Shown here in pieces: positions 24,533 through 33,564 of a stretch of 44,711 nucleotides of DNA; position 1 is the stretch's first letter; every line of letters begins with the position of its first letter. This DNA comes from a bacterium (GTDB taxonomy: Bacteria > Auribacterota > UBA3054): positions 1-44,711 of the forward strand of contig JAFZID010000201.1 in assembly GCA_017554565.1 (NCBI GenBank), given 5' to 3'. The position numbers and the translations under genes are program-made. The notes beneath the pieces are model-generated. The model did not search any database and was not told where the DNA came from. It saw only the letters and a program-made list of their open reading frames with translations.

Positions 24533-27157
24533 TCAGCGCCTGCGCATGGCGAGAGCCAAAGCGACGGCCAGAAGTCCGACCGCTATGGGTTCGGGGATGC
24601 TGGCGTCGTGGGCGCTGAGCTTGGAGAACCAGACGCCGGTGGCGTACATTTCGTCCGGGCCGTCGTTCTGAGTCTTGATGCCGACGCTCGTAAGCGGCTG
24701 ATCGTCGAAGCCCTGGTTAAGGGGCACTTCGCCTTCCGCGAAGTTGGTCACGATGCCGTTGACGGAAGCGCTGAGGGCGCAGGAATAGGCCACGTCGGTG
24801 TCGAAGGTGAAGGAGAGGGTGTTCCACTCGTCCAAGGGAGCCCTGAACCATTCCTGAAACTCTTCGCCGGACATGTAGCCGATCAAGGCTTCGTTGTTTT
24901 CCTTGTCGCGGCGGATCCTCACGGGCAGGAAGCCTGTTTCGCCGTTCTGGATGATCTCAGCGTAGGTGGTGTTCTCGTTCTTTTCCATCAGGAATTCCGC
25001 CTCAATGGTGAAGACGAAATTGCTGGGTCCGAGGGCGGGCACGGTGGCCACGGAAGTCTCGGGGAAATACACGGCGCGTTTGCCTTGCTTTTCGCCCACA
25101 GAGGGCGTCGTGGACTTGTCCTGGACTTTCCAGTAATCCTGGCCCTTGAGAGCGCCTTCGGTGTAGAAGGGAGCGCAGAAGTCGGTGGCGTAATACCAGC
25201 CGCCTTTGCTGAAGGTGACCAGGGAGGTGATGGCGTTGTCTAAAGCGCCGCCCACGGCGCCGTAGGCGTAGCGCATCCTGGAGCGGAAGAAGCCGTCCTG
25301 CAGTCCGTCTCTCTTGACGCTGACGCTTAATTTGCCGCTTTCCTCAATGACGCCGGTGGCGTTGGTGGTCGCGAAGACGTTTTCAGGATAATCAAGGAAA
25401 GTCACTTCATATTGGAAGGGCACGGAACCGCCGTTCACCACGGTGTCCTCGATGACTGACTCGCTTTCGCCGAAGGCGTAAACGCCGTTCAGCTGAGGTT
25501 CAAAGGTCTCGGGACGCGGCATATCCTCGAATTTAAGATCGTCAATAAGCAGCATGGCGTTCTCGGAATTGCCGCCGCAGCTTACGCAGAACTTGGTGAA
25601 GCGCTTGATCTGATCGACCCAGGCAGAGGCTTTCTTGGAGAGCTCGACGCTGGTGCCGAAGTTCGTGGTGAAGTCGCCCAGGGTAAGATCCGTCATGAGA
25701 TAACGCCTGTAATCCACCGTGAAGGAGAAGTCCAGCCAGGTGTCCAGGGGGAACTTTTGATCGCCAAGAATGTTCTTTTTCTGGGCGGGGCCAAGGCCGA
25801 ATTCATAGAGATAGAAATAGTCCTGGCCTTCTTCCCTGACAAACCAGAAGTTCACGCTTCTGTACCAGTAGTCGTTCTGGATGTAGAAATAGTCGGCGTC
25901 TTTATCGGCTTCGCTGCCCTTGTAGAGCTTCATGCTGACTTTCAATATGCCGCCGGTGGGAGAATAGACGTCGCACATATAGCCTTCGTAGCCGCCGGCT
26001 CTCACAATGTAGCCGCAGTTGCCTTCATAGCCGTAAGAGACGTTGGTGACCACCATGGAGTTGCCTTCGTGCTGATAGTCGCCGATCCAGGTGTTCTGAC
26101 CGTCGATGCCGCCGATCTGCATGAAGGGCGATTCGAAATTCTCAGCATAGATCACGCTGCCGTTGGGAACGCAGACCGGGATGGTCTTGGAGCCGTATTC
26201 GCCGCCGTCCACGGTCACCATGGCGCGATGGTAGCCGTTGGTCATAAGGCTTCTGTCAACGCTTAGGGTAAGTTCTACCGCGCCTGAGCAAGTGCCGGAA
26301 GCGGGAGTGATGGAGATCCATTCCGGAGAATCCTCTATGGTCGCGGTATATTCGAAGGAGCCCGTGGTCTTGTTGGCGACCGTCAGTTTCATTTCCGTGG
26401 CGGTGCGGGAGAAGATGGGCTTAATAGGACTAAGATCGAATTCCTTTTTCGGGGGAAGCGGACAGGTGGCGATCTGGAAATTGTCCAGTTTGCCGGTGTG
26501 CATGACTCTGACGCCGTCCGGCAAGGTCCCGCAGCCGTCCGTCTTGGCGCTCTTGTAATACATGCCTTCCTCTTCAAAGACCTGGTCGGCAATGCTGAGG
26601 CGCTCGATGCTTCTGGTGGCGGGAGAAATGATCAGGCTGAAGGGCTGATAGGTGTCCGCGGGAAGTTCGTTGACCTGGAAGGTCTTCTGGGAACCGTCGG
26701 CGGAGGAATAGGCGAGCGTCGCCTTGCCGTCGGCGTAGCGGATGAATTCCGTAATTTCCACATCGTAATTCTTGCCGCTCGTTCCAAGGGCATGGATCTT
26801 GGTGTAGAAAGGATTGGACGCTTCGCTGGAAACGTAAGTGTAGCCGGAGACCAAAAGCTTGACGTTGCCGGGGCACTGCTCGGAGATGTCGAAGCTGGTC
26901 TGGTGGTTGATGCCGTACTGACTGTCGGCGTCGTCGCAGAAAAGGAACTGCGAGCCGCTCTGGGCAGCCGCGGCGTTGTTGGAAACGATTATCACTCCGC
27001 CGGCCCCCCACCAGCTGCCTTTCCAGTTGTTCTGATCGACAACGTCGCCGGGCGTGTAGCCTTCGCCGGTCTCGAAATCAATCGTGAAGATCGTGTTGGT
27101 CTCCCCGGCCAAAACGCTCATTGCCGCGAGGGCAAACAGTAAAAGTAATTTTTTCAT
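24533..27157 (-). CDS. PEP-CTERM-anchored secreted protein with three repeated lectin-like modules separated by BACON-like Ig modules
   Basis: 874 aa. Signal peptide MKKLLLLFALAAMSVLA/G. Three module starts: IDFETGEGYTPGDVVDQNNWKG, YAENFESPFMQIGGIDGQNTWIG and YATDFCAPFYTEGALKGQDYWKV. BACON-like PEWISITPASGTCSGAVELTLSV. C-terminus IPEPIAVGLLAVALALAMRRR. Confidence 0.65.
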   Translation of the reverse strand: MKKLLLLFALAAMSVLAGETNTIFTIDFETGEGYTPGDVVDQNNWKGSWWGAGGVIIVSNNAAAAQSGSQFLFCDDADSQYGINHQTSFDISEQCPGNVKLLVSGYTYVSSEASNPFYTKIHALGTSGKNYDVEITEFIRYADGKATLAYSSADGSQKTFQVNELPADTYQPFSLIISPATRSIERLSIADQVFEEEGMYYKSAKTDGCGTLPDGVRVMHTGKLDNFQIATCPLPPKKEFDLSPIKPIFSRTATEMKLTVANKTTGSFEYTATIEDSPEWISITPASGTCSGAVELTLSVDRSLMTNGYHRAMVTVDGGEYGSKTIPVCVPNGSVIYAENFESPFMQIGGIDGQNTWIGDYQHEGNSMVVTNVSYGYEGNCGYIVRAGGYEGYMCDVYSPTGGILKVSMKLYKGSEADKDADYFYIQNDYWYRSVNFWFVREEGQDYFYLYEFGLGPAQKKNILGDQKFPLDTWLDFSFTVDYRRYLMTDLTLGDFTTNFGTSVELSKKASAWVDQIKRFTKFCVSCGGNSENAMLLIDDLKFEDMPRPETFEPQLNGVYAFGESESVIEDTVVNGGSVPFQYEVTFLDYPENVFATTNATGVIEESGKLSVSVKRDGLQDGFFRSRMRYAYGAVGGALDNAITSLVTFSKGGWYYATDFCAPFYTEGALKGQDYWKVQDKSTTPSVGEKQGKRAVYFPETSVATVPALGPSNFVFTIEAEFLMEKNENTTYAEIIQNGETGFLPVRIRRDKENNEALIGYMSGEEFQEWFRAPLDEWNTLSFTFDTDVAYSCALSASVNGIVTNFAEGEVPLNQGFDDQPLTSVGIKTQNDGPDEMYATGVWFSKLSAHDASIPEPIAVGLLAVALALAMRRR

Positions 27158-27187
27158 AACTTATCTCAGTGGTTTGGATTATTTGGT

Positions 27188-28405
27188 TCAGAACAAGTAA
27201 ATGGGATGGGAATCCGGATTCTTCCCGAAGAGCGTGACGTCGTCGATCTTCTGGATGACCGGGCCTTTCAGGAGCGCGTAGAGCAATCTCTCCACGCCGA
27301 TGCCGCCGCCGAAGGTGGAGGGGAAGAGGTCGGAGCCGTCTTCGCCCTTCATGGCTGCCGCCGCCAGGAAGGGGGCGTAGCCGCTCAGTTCCTCGACGTT
27401 GGTGATTTCGCCGTTGCGGTCGAAAGCGGGGCGGCACATTATGATCTTGTTGTCAATGAGACGCTCGATAATAGGTTCGTAGAGCCATTCCCTGATGGCG
27501 CCGGACAGAACTTCCAAGGCTCCGCCCATGCTGCCGTCAGTAAGTTGGCTTTGCGCGCAGAGGTCGTAGTTGTAGATGTCCCTGGAGGGAACTTCTTCCA
27601 AATTCCTCTTAGTACCGTCGGCTTTGAGATACGGATAGACCAGGTCGTAGTTTTCGCGCATGATGCCCTTGATCCAGAAGAACTGGCTTTTGGCGGAATT
27701 GCCCAGTTCCTGTTCCGAGGCGTCCCCCGCTTCGTCCCTGAAGAAGGACGGGAAGGGCTTTTCAGGCGCCGTGAGCGTGACGCCCAGGGCCTTGAGATCC
27801 TCGGAATTCTTTTTTATCAGCGCTTTCACGGTGAAGATGATCAGGTCCTCGAAGAATCCCAGCGCTTTTTTGTAATCCTCCGCCAGGATGGCTTTGACTT
27901 TTTCCTCTTCGTTGAAATATTCCTTAAGCGTCACGAATCTTTCCCGTCTAAGCTCCACGTCCATCTGGGAGAAATCGATGAGATAGCGGCCCCTCTGCTC
28001 GCCTATGGGGCTCTCAAGCTCCAGCCTGATGTTGGGAGAGTCGATATAGACGCCCTTCAGCATAGGGTTGGTGCAGGCCAGGAACTTGGAATAGATCATG
28101 GAGTGGGTGGTCTTGTAGGGCTGGCCTTTGTAGCGGATGGTGGGAGAATACTCGATGTCGTGGGCCAGAGGGTCCGTCACCGGGGAAAGGGAAACTCGCT
28201 CCAGATTCAGAAGGCCGTTGTCGCTGAGGAAATTCTGCATGGCCTGGACCATGGTCGTTCTGATCCTCAGAACATGGAAGATATGTTCGCTCCTCCATTT
28301 CTCCATGTACTGCTTTCTGGTGAAAGCCTTGAGCCCGCTGCCCGACTGTTTCAGCGCTGCGTGAAAACGCGCCAGACTGGCGCCGATCTCGTCTCGTTCC
28401 TGCAT
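27188..28405 (-). CDS. stand-alone class IIb aminoacyl-tRNA-synthetase catalytic-core paralog (AsnRS/AspRS/AsnA-like), no anticodon-binding domain
   Basis: 405 aa. Motif-2-like NIRLELES...GRYLIDFSQMDVE and motif-3-like GGGIGVERLLYALL. There is no N-terminal OB fold, only about 35 aa before the core. Confidence 0.55.
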   Translation of the reverse strand: MQERDEIGASLARFHAALKQSGSGLKAFTRKQYMEKWRSEHIFHVLRIRTTMVQAMQNFLSDNGLLNLERVSLSPVTDPLAHDIEYSPTIRYKGQPYKTTHSMIYSKFLACTNPMLKGVYIDSPNIRLELESPIGEQRGRYLIDFSQMDVELRRERFVTLKEYFNEEEKVKAILAEDYKKALGFFEDLIIFTVKALIKKNSEDLKALGVTLTAPEKPFPSFFRDEAGDASEQELGNSAKSQFFWIKGIMRENYDLVYPYLKADGTKRNLEEVPSRDIYNYDLCAQSQLTDGSMGGALEVLSGAIREWLYEPIIERLIDNKIIMCRPAFDRNGEITNVEELSGYAPFLAAAAMKGEDGSDLFPSTFGGGIGVERLLYALLKGPVIQKIDDVTLFGKNPDSHPIYLF

Positions 28406-28449
28406 AAGCTTGCGATTTCTTTCCTAGATTGTTAAAGAGATAGGAAAGA

Positions 28450-28458
28450 ATTTTACCA
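28450..28458 (-). promoter_or_regulatory. candidate extended -10 element (TGGTAAAAT) for the aaRS-like gene
   Basis: Minus-strand TGGTAAAAT, about 45 nt upstream of the ATG at 28405. Confidence 0.3.
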
Positions 28459-28484
28459 TAATTGGGCCTTTATGTGGGATATGT

Positions 28485-28510
28485 AAAAAAAGAGGCGCTT
28501 TCGCGCCCCT
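28485..28510 (-). terminator. intrinsic terminator after the RGG-tail lipoprotein gene
   Basis: Minus-strand RNA forms GGCGC-GAAA-GCGCC followed by UCUUUUUUU, immediately after the stop at 28513. Confidence 0.65.
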
Positions 28511-28512
28511 TT

Positions 28513-29484
28513 TCAGCGGTTGTTCATCTTTTCGTTCAGCTTGTTGAGGGCCTGGTTCTTGGAGATGAGATTGTCTTCCATTCTGCCGGGTCCGCCGGGG
28601 CCGCCGCCTCTGCCGCCTCTGCCTCTGCCCCTGCCGCCGCCAAAGCCTTCGAAGGCCATGACCATGTCGTCGCCGCTGGATTCCAGGTCTTTCATGATGC
28701 TGCGGGCGGTGGCGTAATCGCCTTCCTCAATGGCCTTGTTGGCGAGAGAGTACTGCAAGCCGGTGGCGTTGCGCATGCCGAAATCGTTGACCGCTTCCGT
28801 TCCCTTGCCGGAGTCCATAAGCTCGCGGTAAGTCTTAAGGGCTTCCTGATAGTTGTTCTGCATGAGGTTCCAGGCGGCGGATTCAGCCCTCAGCTGGGCC
28901 GCGGCGTAGGAATCGGGATACTGCCTGATGAGGTCTTCCCTGGCCTGAACCATTTCCTGCATGCGTTTCTCGCGGTCTTCCTGGCTCTCATTGCGGTTGC
29001 CGCCCCAGCGGAACCTGGTCTTCTCCTGAAGCTCCGTGAACTGCTGGCCGTATTTTTCCTGGTCGCTCTGGCGCTGGGTGTCCCTAAGCTCACGCATGGC
29101 GGTCTGGTATTTTTCCCGGCGCATCGTCATGGTCTTCTCCTCCACCAGCTCCGCCATGGCGGAGACTTCCAGATCCTCGTTGGTGGAGATGACGTTGAAG
29201 CCCGCGGCCACCATCATCTGCTCAAGGTTGTAGAGTTTTTCGTTGAAAGCCGCCAAGGTCTCCTCCACGGCGCTGTCGCCGGAAGCGACCGCGGCCGCGC
29301 CGACGGAGGCGGGTTTCTTCTCGATCGCTGCCAGGCGCTTTTCCAGCTTGTCCAGTTTGGTCTCGAGACTTCTCACGGACATGGAAAGATTCTTGGCCTC
29401 CTCGTTGGAGGTGTCGCTCTTCTGACAGCCCAATAAAGCCAGGCCGAAAACAAAAAGCAGCGTCATAGGAATGCTGTGTTTCAT
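28513..29484 (-). CDS. lipoprotein with coiled-coil/TPR-like body and Gly-Arg (RGG) rich tail
   Basis: The ATG at 29482-29484 gives MKHSIPMTLLFVFGLALLGC (lipobox LLGC). The C-terminal tract is FGGGRGRGRGGRGGGPGGPGR. The ORF-track N-terminal extension is rejected. Confidence 0.7.
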   Translation of the reverse strand: MKHSIPMTLLFVFGLALLGCQKSDTSNEEAKNLSMSVRSLETKLDKLEKRLAAIEKKPASVGAAAVASGDSAVEETLAAFNEKLYNLEQMMVAAGFNVISTNEDLEVSAMAELVEEKTMTMRREKYQTAMRELRDTQRQSDQEKYGQQFTELQEKTRFRWGGNRNESQEDREKRMQEMVQAREDLIRQYPDSYAAAQLRAESAAWNLMQNNYQEALKTYRELMDSGKGTEAVNDFGMRNATGLQYSLANKAIEEGDYATARSIMKDLESSGDDMVMAFEGFGGGRGRGRGGRGGGPGGPGRMEDNLISKNQALNKLNEKMNNR

Positions 29485-29632
29485 AATATCTCCCGAGTTG
29501 AAATTAACGAATATAGATTTCAAATAATTTTAGCATTTTTAAGGAGCGAAAAACACAAAGCAACATTTTTCCCCTTCGCAAAAGGGAAAAACAAGCGTGG
29601 AAAAGGCCTTCGCCGGGAGAGTCAAAAAGAGA

Positions 29633-30499
29633 TCAGAGCTCTTTGAGGTAGCGGATAAGCGCTTCCCGCCAGTCAGGCGGCTTCAGGCCCGTAAGGCGGG
29701 TGAATTTTTCCAAAGAGAGGACGGAAAAAGCCGGACGGGGCGCCGGACGGGGGAATTCCTTAGTGGTTACAGGCTTGACTTCGATTTTCTTGCCGGCGGG
29801 AAGAAGGCCGAGCTTCTGCGCTTCCTCAATGGTGGCGCAGGCCAGGTCGAACCAGCTTATGCCGCCGCCGCTGTCGTTGGTGAAATGCACGAAACCCCTG
29901 GCGCCGGCGGCGATGAGGTTCTTTAAGGCCCAGGCCAGGTCGTTGGTGAAGGTGGGAGAGCCGACCTGGTCGTGGACCACCGTCAGAAGATCCCGATCCT
30001 TGGCAAGGTTCAGCATGGTGAGGGGGAAGTTTTTACCGCCCACGCCGTAGAGCCAGGCGGTCCTGACTATGAGATATTCGCAGCCGCTCTTTTCAATAAG
30101 CTCCTCCCCTTCCCTTTTCGTCACGGCGTAAACGCCCTTGGGGGAAACGGGGTCGTCCTCCCTCATGGGATGGCTGCCGTCGCCGAAAAAGACGAAGTCC
30201 GTGCTGATGTGGACCAGGGGGATGTTTCTTTTAGCGCACTCATGCGCGAGATTAGAGGGGCCCTCCGCGTTCAATTTCCTGGCGAAGGCCTGGTCTTCCT
30301 CGGCCTTGTCCACCGCGGTGTAGGCGGCGCAGTTAAGGATCAATTCCGGCTTTACGAGATCGCAGACTTTCTTTATTTCTTCCCTGTTGAGGATGTTCAT
30401 CTCGCCCACGTCGGTCAAAAAAAGCGTATGCTCGCCGGACAAGGTCCTTCTGACAGCCCGCGCCAGCATGCCGTTCGCTCCCGCTAAAAGTATTCTCAT
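29633..30499 (-). CDS. rfbD: dTDP-4-dehydrorhamnose reductase
   Basis: 288 aa. Motifs are MRILLAGANGMLA (Rossmann), NCAAYTAVDKAE, HISTDFVF and YAVTK; typical RmlD. Confidence 0.85.
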   Translation of the reverse strand: MRILLAGANGMLARAVRRTLSGEHTLFLTDVGEMNILNREEIKKVCDLVKPELILNCAAYTAVDKAEEDQAFARKLNAEGPSNLAHECAKRNIPLVHISTDFVFFGDGSHPMREDDPVSPKGVYAVTKREGEELIEKSGCEYLIVRTAWLYGVGGKNFPLTMLNLAKDRDLLTVVHDQVGSPTFTNDLAWALKNLIAAGARGFVHFTNDSGGGISWFDLACATIEEAQKLGLLPAGKKIEVKPVTTKEFPRPAPRPAFSVLSLEKFTRLTGLKPPDWREALIRYLKEL

Positions 30500-30500
30500 T

Positions 30501-32186
30501 TTATTTCCTTTCGCTGATTACTATCCTTTGCCCGTTGTTATCGAGGCGGGCCTCCGCCCGCTTCGTCTCGACTTTAACTTCCAGGTACATTTCTCTTTTC
30601 GCCCTCCCTTCCGGAAGCGTCAGGTCTTCCCTCACTTCGTAGGAGGCTCCGGGATCCAGGGCCGGCAAGGGTATCTCTTTGACTCCGGAATCCACCTTAA
30701 TGATAGCAGAACCGTCGGAAACGCGCTCGGTCCCCTGGTTCTGGAAGACCGCCACCATGGTCACGCTTTTCCCCTGCACCAGATCCGGAGGATCGAAATA
30801 CAGGGAAGTGAGCGCCATGTCGTTCTCTTTCGTTTTTCTTCTGGCGCGGTGCATATTAACCAAGCCGCTGCCGTACCAGTCGTCCGCGCCGGGGGAAACC
30901 AGGTCGTCCGCCTCCGCCATGAGTTTGTCGGCCACTTCGGCGGCGCTCCAGTTGGGATTTTCCGACCAGAGACTGGCCGCCGCGCCGGAGACAAGAGGCG
31001 CCGCGCTGCTGGTGCCGCTCATCAATACCGTTCCGCCGTTGGGATAGGCCGCAGCCACCAAAACGCCCGGAGCCACCAGATCGACCTTTGGACCGTAGTT
31101 GGAAAAAGACGCCTTCCATTTTTCGCCGTCCACAGCGCCCACGCACAAGACGCCCTCCAGGTTGGAGGGGTAGTTCTCCCCTTCCTTTCCCTCGTTGCCG
31201 GAGGCCGCCACCACGAGGCATTCGTGATCCATGGCGTAGTTCAGGGCCTCGTCCAAAAGATTTGTTTCCGAGGAGGTGCCCAAACTCATGTTGATGATCC
31301 TGGCGCCTTTTTTCACGGCGTAGATTATCCCCTGGGCCACGGAGAATCCGTCGCTTTTCCCTTTGTCGTCCATGACCTTCACGGGAAGGATCTTCGCCAT
31401 GGGCGCAACGCCGGCCACGTTTTCTCCGCCCCGGCCGGCGATAAGGGAGGCGCAGGCGGTGCCGTGGCCGTTGAGGTCTTTCTGATAAGCCATGTCGCTG
31501 ACGAAGTCATAGCCGGAGATGGTCTGCCCGGCCAGGGCTGGATGCGTCTCGTCCACGCCGGTGTCGAGGACCGCCACAAGGATCCCCTCGCCGTTGCGGA
31601 AGGTCCCGCTTTCGTTCGCGGACATCATGCCGAGGGCCGAGCTGCCCACCGCCTTCGCCTGCATAAGCTCCTGATTGCCGGGCAAAGGATCCAGGGAGAC
31701 CGGGGCGTTCCTCACGGTGTCGGCGATCTCGTCCTTGCCCTGCAAGAATTTTTCCGCCTGAGGAACGCTCAGATCCTCAGGCAGAACCACTCTTATGAGT
31801 CCCAGCTCCGGGATGTCCCCTATGACCGCGATGCCTTTTTCCTTGAGGAAAGCGATCAGCTGCGCCATGGAAACGCCTTCCTTGGGACGCAGTATCAGCT
31901 CCCCTTCCAGATAGGCGGATCCGGAGGCCCCGCTTTGGTTCCCGTTGACAAGTTTTTCCTCGGAAGAACTGTCTTCCGGCACGCTTTTCGCAGCGGCCGC
32001 GGAGGCCGCGGCTTCCTTTTTGGCGGAGACCTTAGGCGCAGCCGGAGAAGCGGCGCTTCGGGTTTCTTCGCTCAGACGCGCTTCGCGCAAGGGCGGCCTT
32101 TCCTCCCCGGAGCTTCGGCGTCCCAGAAGGAAGCCTACCGCCAGAAGGAAGGCGCAAAGGAGAAATATGAAAACCGTGCGGGACAT
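30501..32186 (-). CDS. membrane-anchored subtilisin-like (S8) serine protease
   Basis: 561 aa with an N-terminal TM helix. Catalytic triad motifs are VLDTGVD (Asp), NGHGTACAS (His) and SGTSSAAPLVSG (Ser). C-terminal beta-sandwich-like extension. Confidence 0.85.
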   Translation of the reverse strand: MSRTVFIFLLCAFLLAVGFLLGRRSSGEERPPLREARLSEETRSAASPAAPKVSAKKEAAASAAAAKSVPEDSSSEEKLVNGNQSGASGSAYLEGELILRPKEGVSMAQLIAFLKEKGIAVIGDIPELGLIRVVLPEDLSVPQAEKFLQGKDEIADTVRNAPVSLDPLPGNQELMQAKAVGSSALGMMSANESGTFRNGEGILVAVLDTGVDETHPALAGQTISGYDFVSDMAYQKDLNGHGTACASLIAGRGGENVAGVAPMAKILPVKVMDDKGKSDGFSVAQGIIYAVKKGARIINMSLGTSSETNLLDEALNYAMDHECLVVAASGNEGKEGENYPSNLEGVLCVGAVDGEKWKASFSNYGPKVDLVAPGVLVAAAYPNGGTVLMSGTSSAAPLVSGAAASLWSENPNWSAAEVADKLMAEADDLVSPGADDWYGSGLVNMHRARRKTKENDMALTSLYFDPPDLVQGKSVTMVAVFQNQGTERVSDGSAIIKVDSGVKEIPLPALDPGASYEVREDLTLPEGRAKREMYLEVKVETKRAEARLDNNGQRIVISERK

Positions 32187-32193
32187 AAAAAGA

Positions 32194-33378
32194 TCACTGC
32201 GCCTGCTCCTGAGGCTGTTTCGTTTCTTTCTTTTTCTTCTTCGCGAGTACGATCAAAATCACGGCGATCACTATGAGCGCGATGCCGATGACGGGCCTGA
32301 CCGTCAGCCAGGCGATCGCCACCGTAATGAGCGTCAGTATGAGCGCGATGAGGAAAGTCGCCGTGCCCGTCACGAAATCCATGATGTTGCCGAAGAAGGG
32401 AAGGATGTCCGCCAGCACGTTGAGGGGGCCGACGATCAGCTTGAGGCCGATGAAGAACATCAGAAGCGCCGCCACCCTGAGAAGCCAGGTGAGGATGGTG
32501 TTGTCGCGGTGGGCCGCCGCGAAGATATCCTCTTTGGTCATGGTCCCGTTGTACTGCAGGAGGATGGTGCCGAATTTCGTCTGGTAAGGAGCGATGGAGC
32601 TGCCGGTCTGGGCGCCGGCCATGCTTATGGCGCAGACCGGCGTCACGGCGAAAGCCACTTTGATGTCGCCGATCTTGGGAGATCCGGGATTGACGCTCTG
32701 GGGATCCGCTCCGCGGTAGAAGCCCTCGGCGGTCCTGACATAAGAGGCGTCGAGGCCCTGGGGGAGCGGCATATTGTTAGTGACAAAAGGCTTGAAGGGC
32801 TCTTCTTTCCCGGCTCTCTCTATCTGCTCCGCGGAAAGCGCGAAGGCGCCCAAAGAGGCGTTGCCGACCTGCCAGGTCTCGCCCTCCACCGGCCATTCCG
32901 TGGGATTTTCGTGACCTTCCTCTTTTTCAAAGGAAGAGGAGGAGACGGGATGATCCACCCACTCCTTGGTGTAGGTGTAAGTGGTCTTGGTTTCCGTGCT
33001 GCCGCCGGTCTTCTTCTTGGTCTCGCTTTTCTCGTGCTCCTGCCACTGGTACATCATGACCGTCCTGGAGAAACTCAAAGCGTTGGAAACGGTCTGCCCG
33101 AACATGGCGTCGGAGAGAGTCTCCCCGGTCTTGACCGTGCCGGAAGTGTGGATCAGTTTGCCTTCGTTCTCCGGTGAGACCTGGGCGCTGTCCACAGTCA
33201 CGCAGACCTGCTGGCCTTCGTTAAGAGTCTTCGTCCTCTTGATGGCCCGGCCTTCGTTCCAGAAGATCAAGGGAAAAGCCGCGATGAAAAGGACGATGCC
33301 GACTATGACGCCTATCAAAGACGAACCGAGTCTGGAGCCCAGGGAGGTGGTGGTGGTTTTGGTGTAGCTGTCGGACAT
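32194..33378 (-). CDS. TMEM43/DUF1625-family membrane protein
   Basis: 394 aa. Has an N-terminal TM followed by FWNEGRAIK, the signature start of TMEM43-like proteins. C-terminal cluster of TM helices and a Lys-rich tail. Confidence 0.65.
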   Translation of the reverse strand: MSDSYTKTTTTSLGSRLGSSLIGVIVGIVLFIAAFPLIFWNEGRAIKRTKTLNEGQQVCVTVDSAQVSPENEGKLIHTSGTVKTGETLSDAMFGQTVSNALSFSRTVMMYQWQEHEKSETKKKTGGSTETKTTYTYTKEWVDHPVSSSSFEKEEGHENPTEWPVEGETWQVGNASLGAFALSAEQIERAGKEEPFKPFVTNNMPLPQGLDASYVRTAEGFYRGADPQSVNPGSPKIGDIKVAFAVTPVCAISMAGAQTGSSIAPYQTKFGTILLQYNGTMTKEDIFAAAHRDNTILTWLLRVAALLMFFIGLKLIVGPLNVLADILPFFGNIMDFVTGTATFLIALILTLITVAIAWLTVRPVIGIALIVIAVILIVLAKKKKKETKQPQEQAQ

Positions 33379-33513
33379 AATGTATCCTCCGGATTAGTTA
33401 AAGGAATATATTCAATTTTATCAAATCCGCATATTTAAATCTCCCGAATGACCGCCTTGCCTTTCTGCGGCAGGAGCGGCCGCCGGCAAAGGATTTAAAG
33501 GATCGGTCAATAA

Positions 33514-33522
33514 TGCTAAAAT
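33514..33522 (+). promoter_or_regulatory. candidate extended -10 element (TGCTAAAAT)
   Basis: Lies about 43 nt upstream of the ATG at 33565. Confidence 0.3.
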
Positions 33523-33564
33523 AGAGTTGAAAAACACGTATTTTAATTCTTTGCGGAGAAAATT

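Noticed and set aside
10665-29523. N-terminal extensions in the ORF track: the 401-aa ATP-grasp, 269-aa PDZ lipoprotein, 336-aa RGG lipoprotein, 87-aa SecE, 414-aa LolC/E and 384-aa island protein.
   Set aside because: The extended starts are alternative codons or lack an RBS. They would bury lipoprotein or signal sequences or overlap a tRNA. The internal ATGs with GGAG-type RBS, or family-typical N-termini, were used instead.
30387-32276. Very long plus-strand ORF (629 aa), with similar antisense ORFs at 13071-14177, 13901-15100, 15744-16718, 27206-28435, 28462-29436, 31945-33177, 34835-36241 and 39866-41497.
   Set aside because: Each lies antisense to a gene with clear family motifs. The products are Arg/Gly/Ala/His-rich and low-complexity, and none has an RBS or recognisable motif. 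This is the usual stop-codon-poor antisense frame of GC-rich coding DNA.
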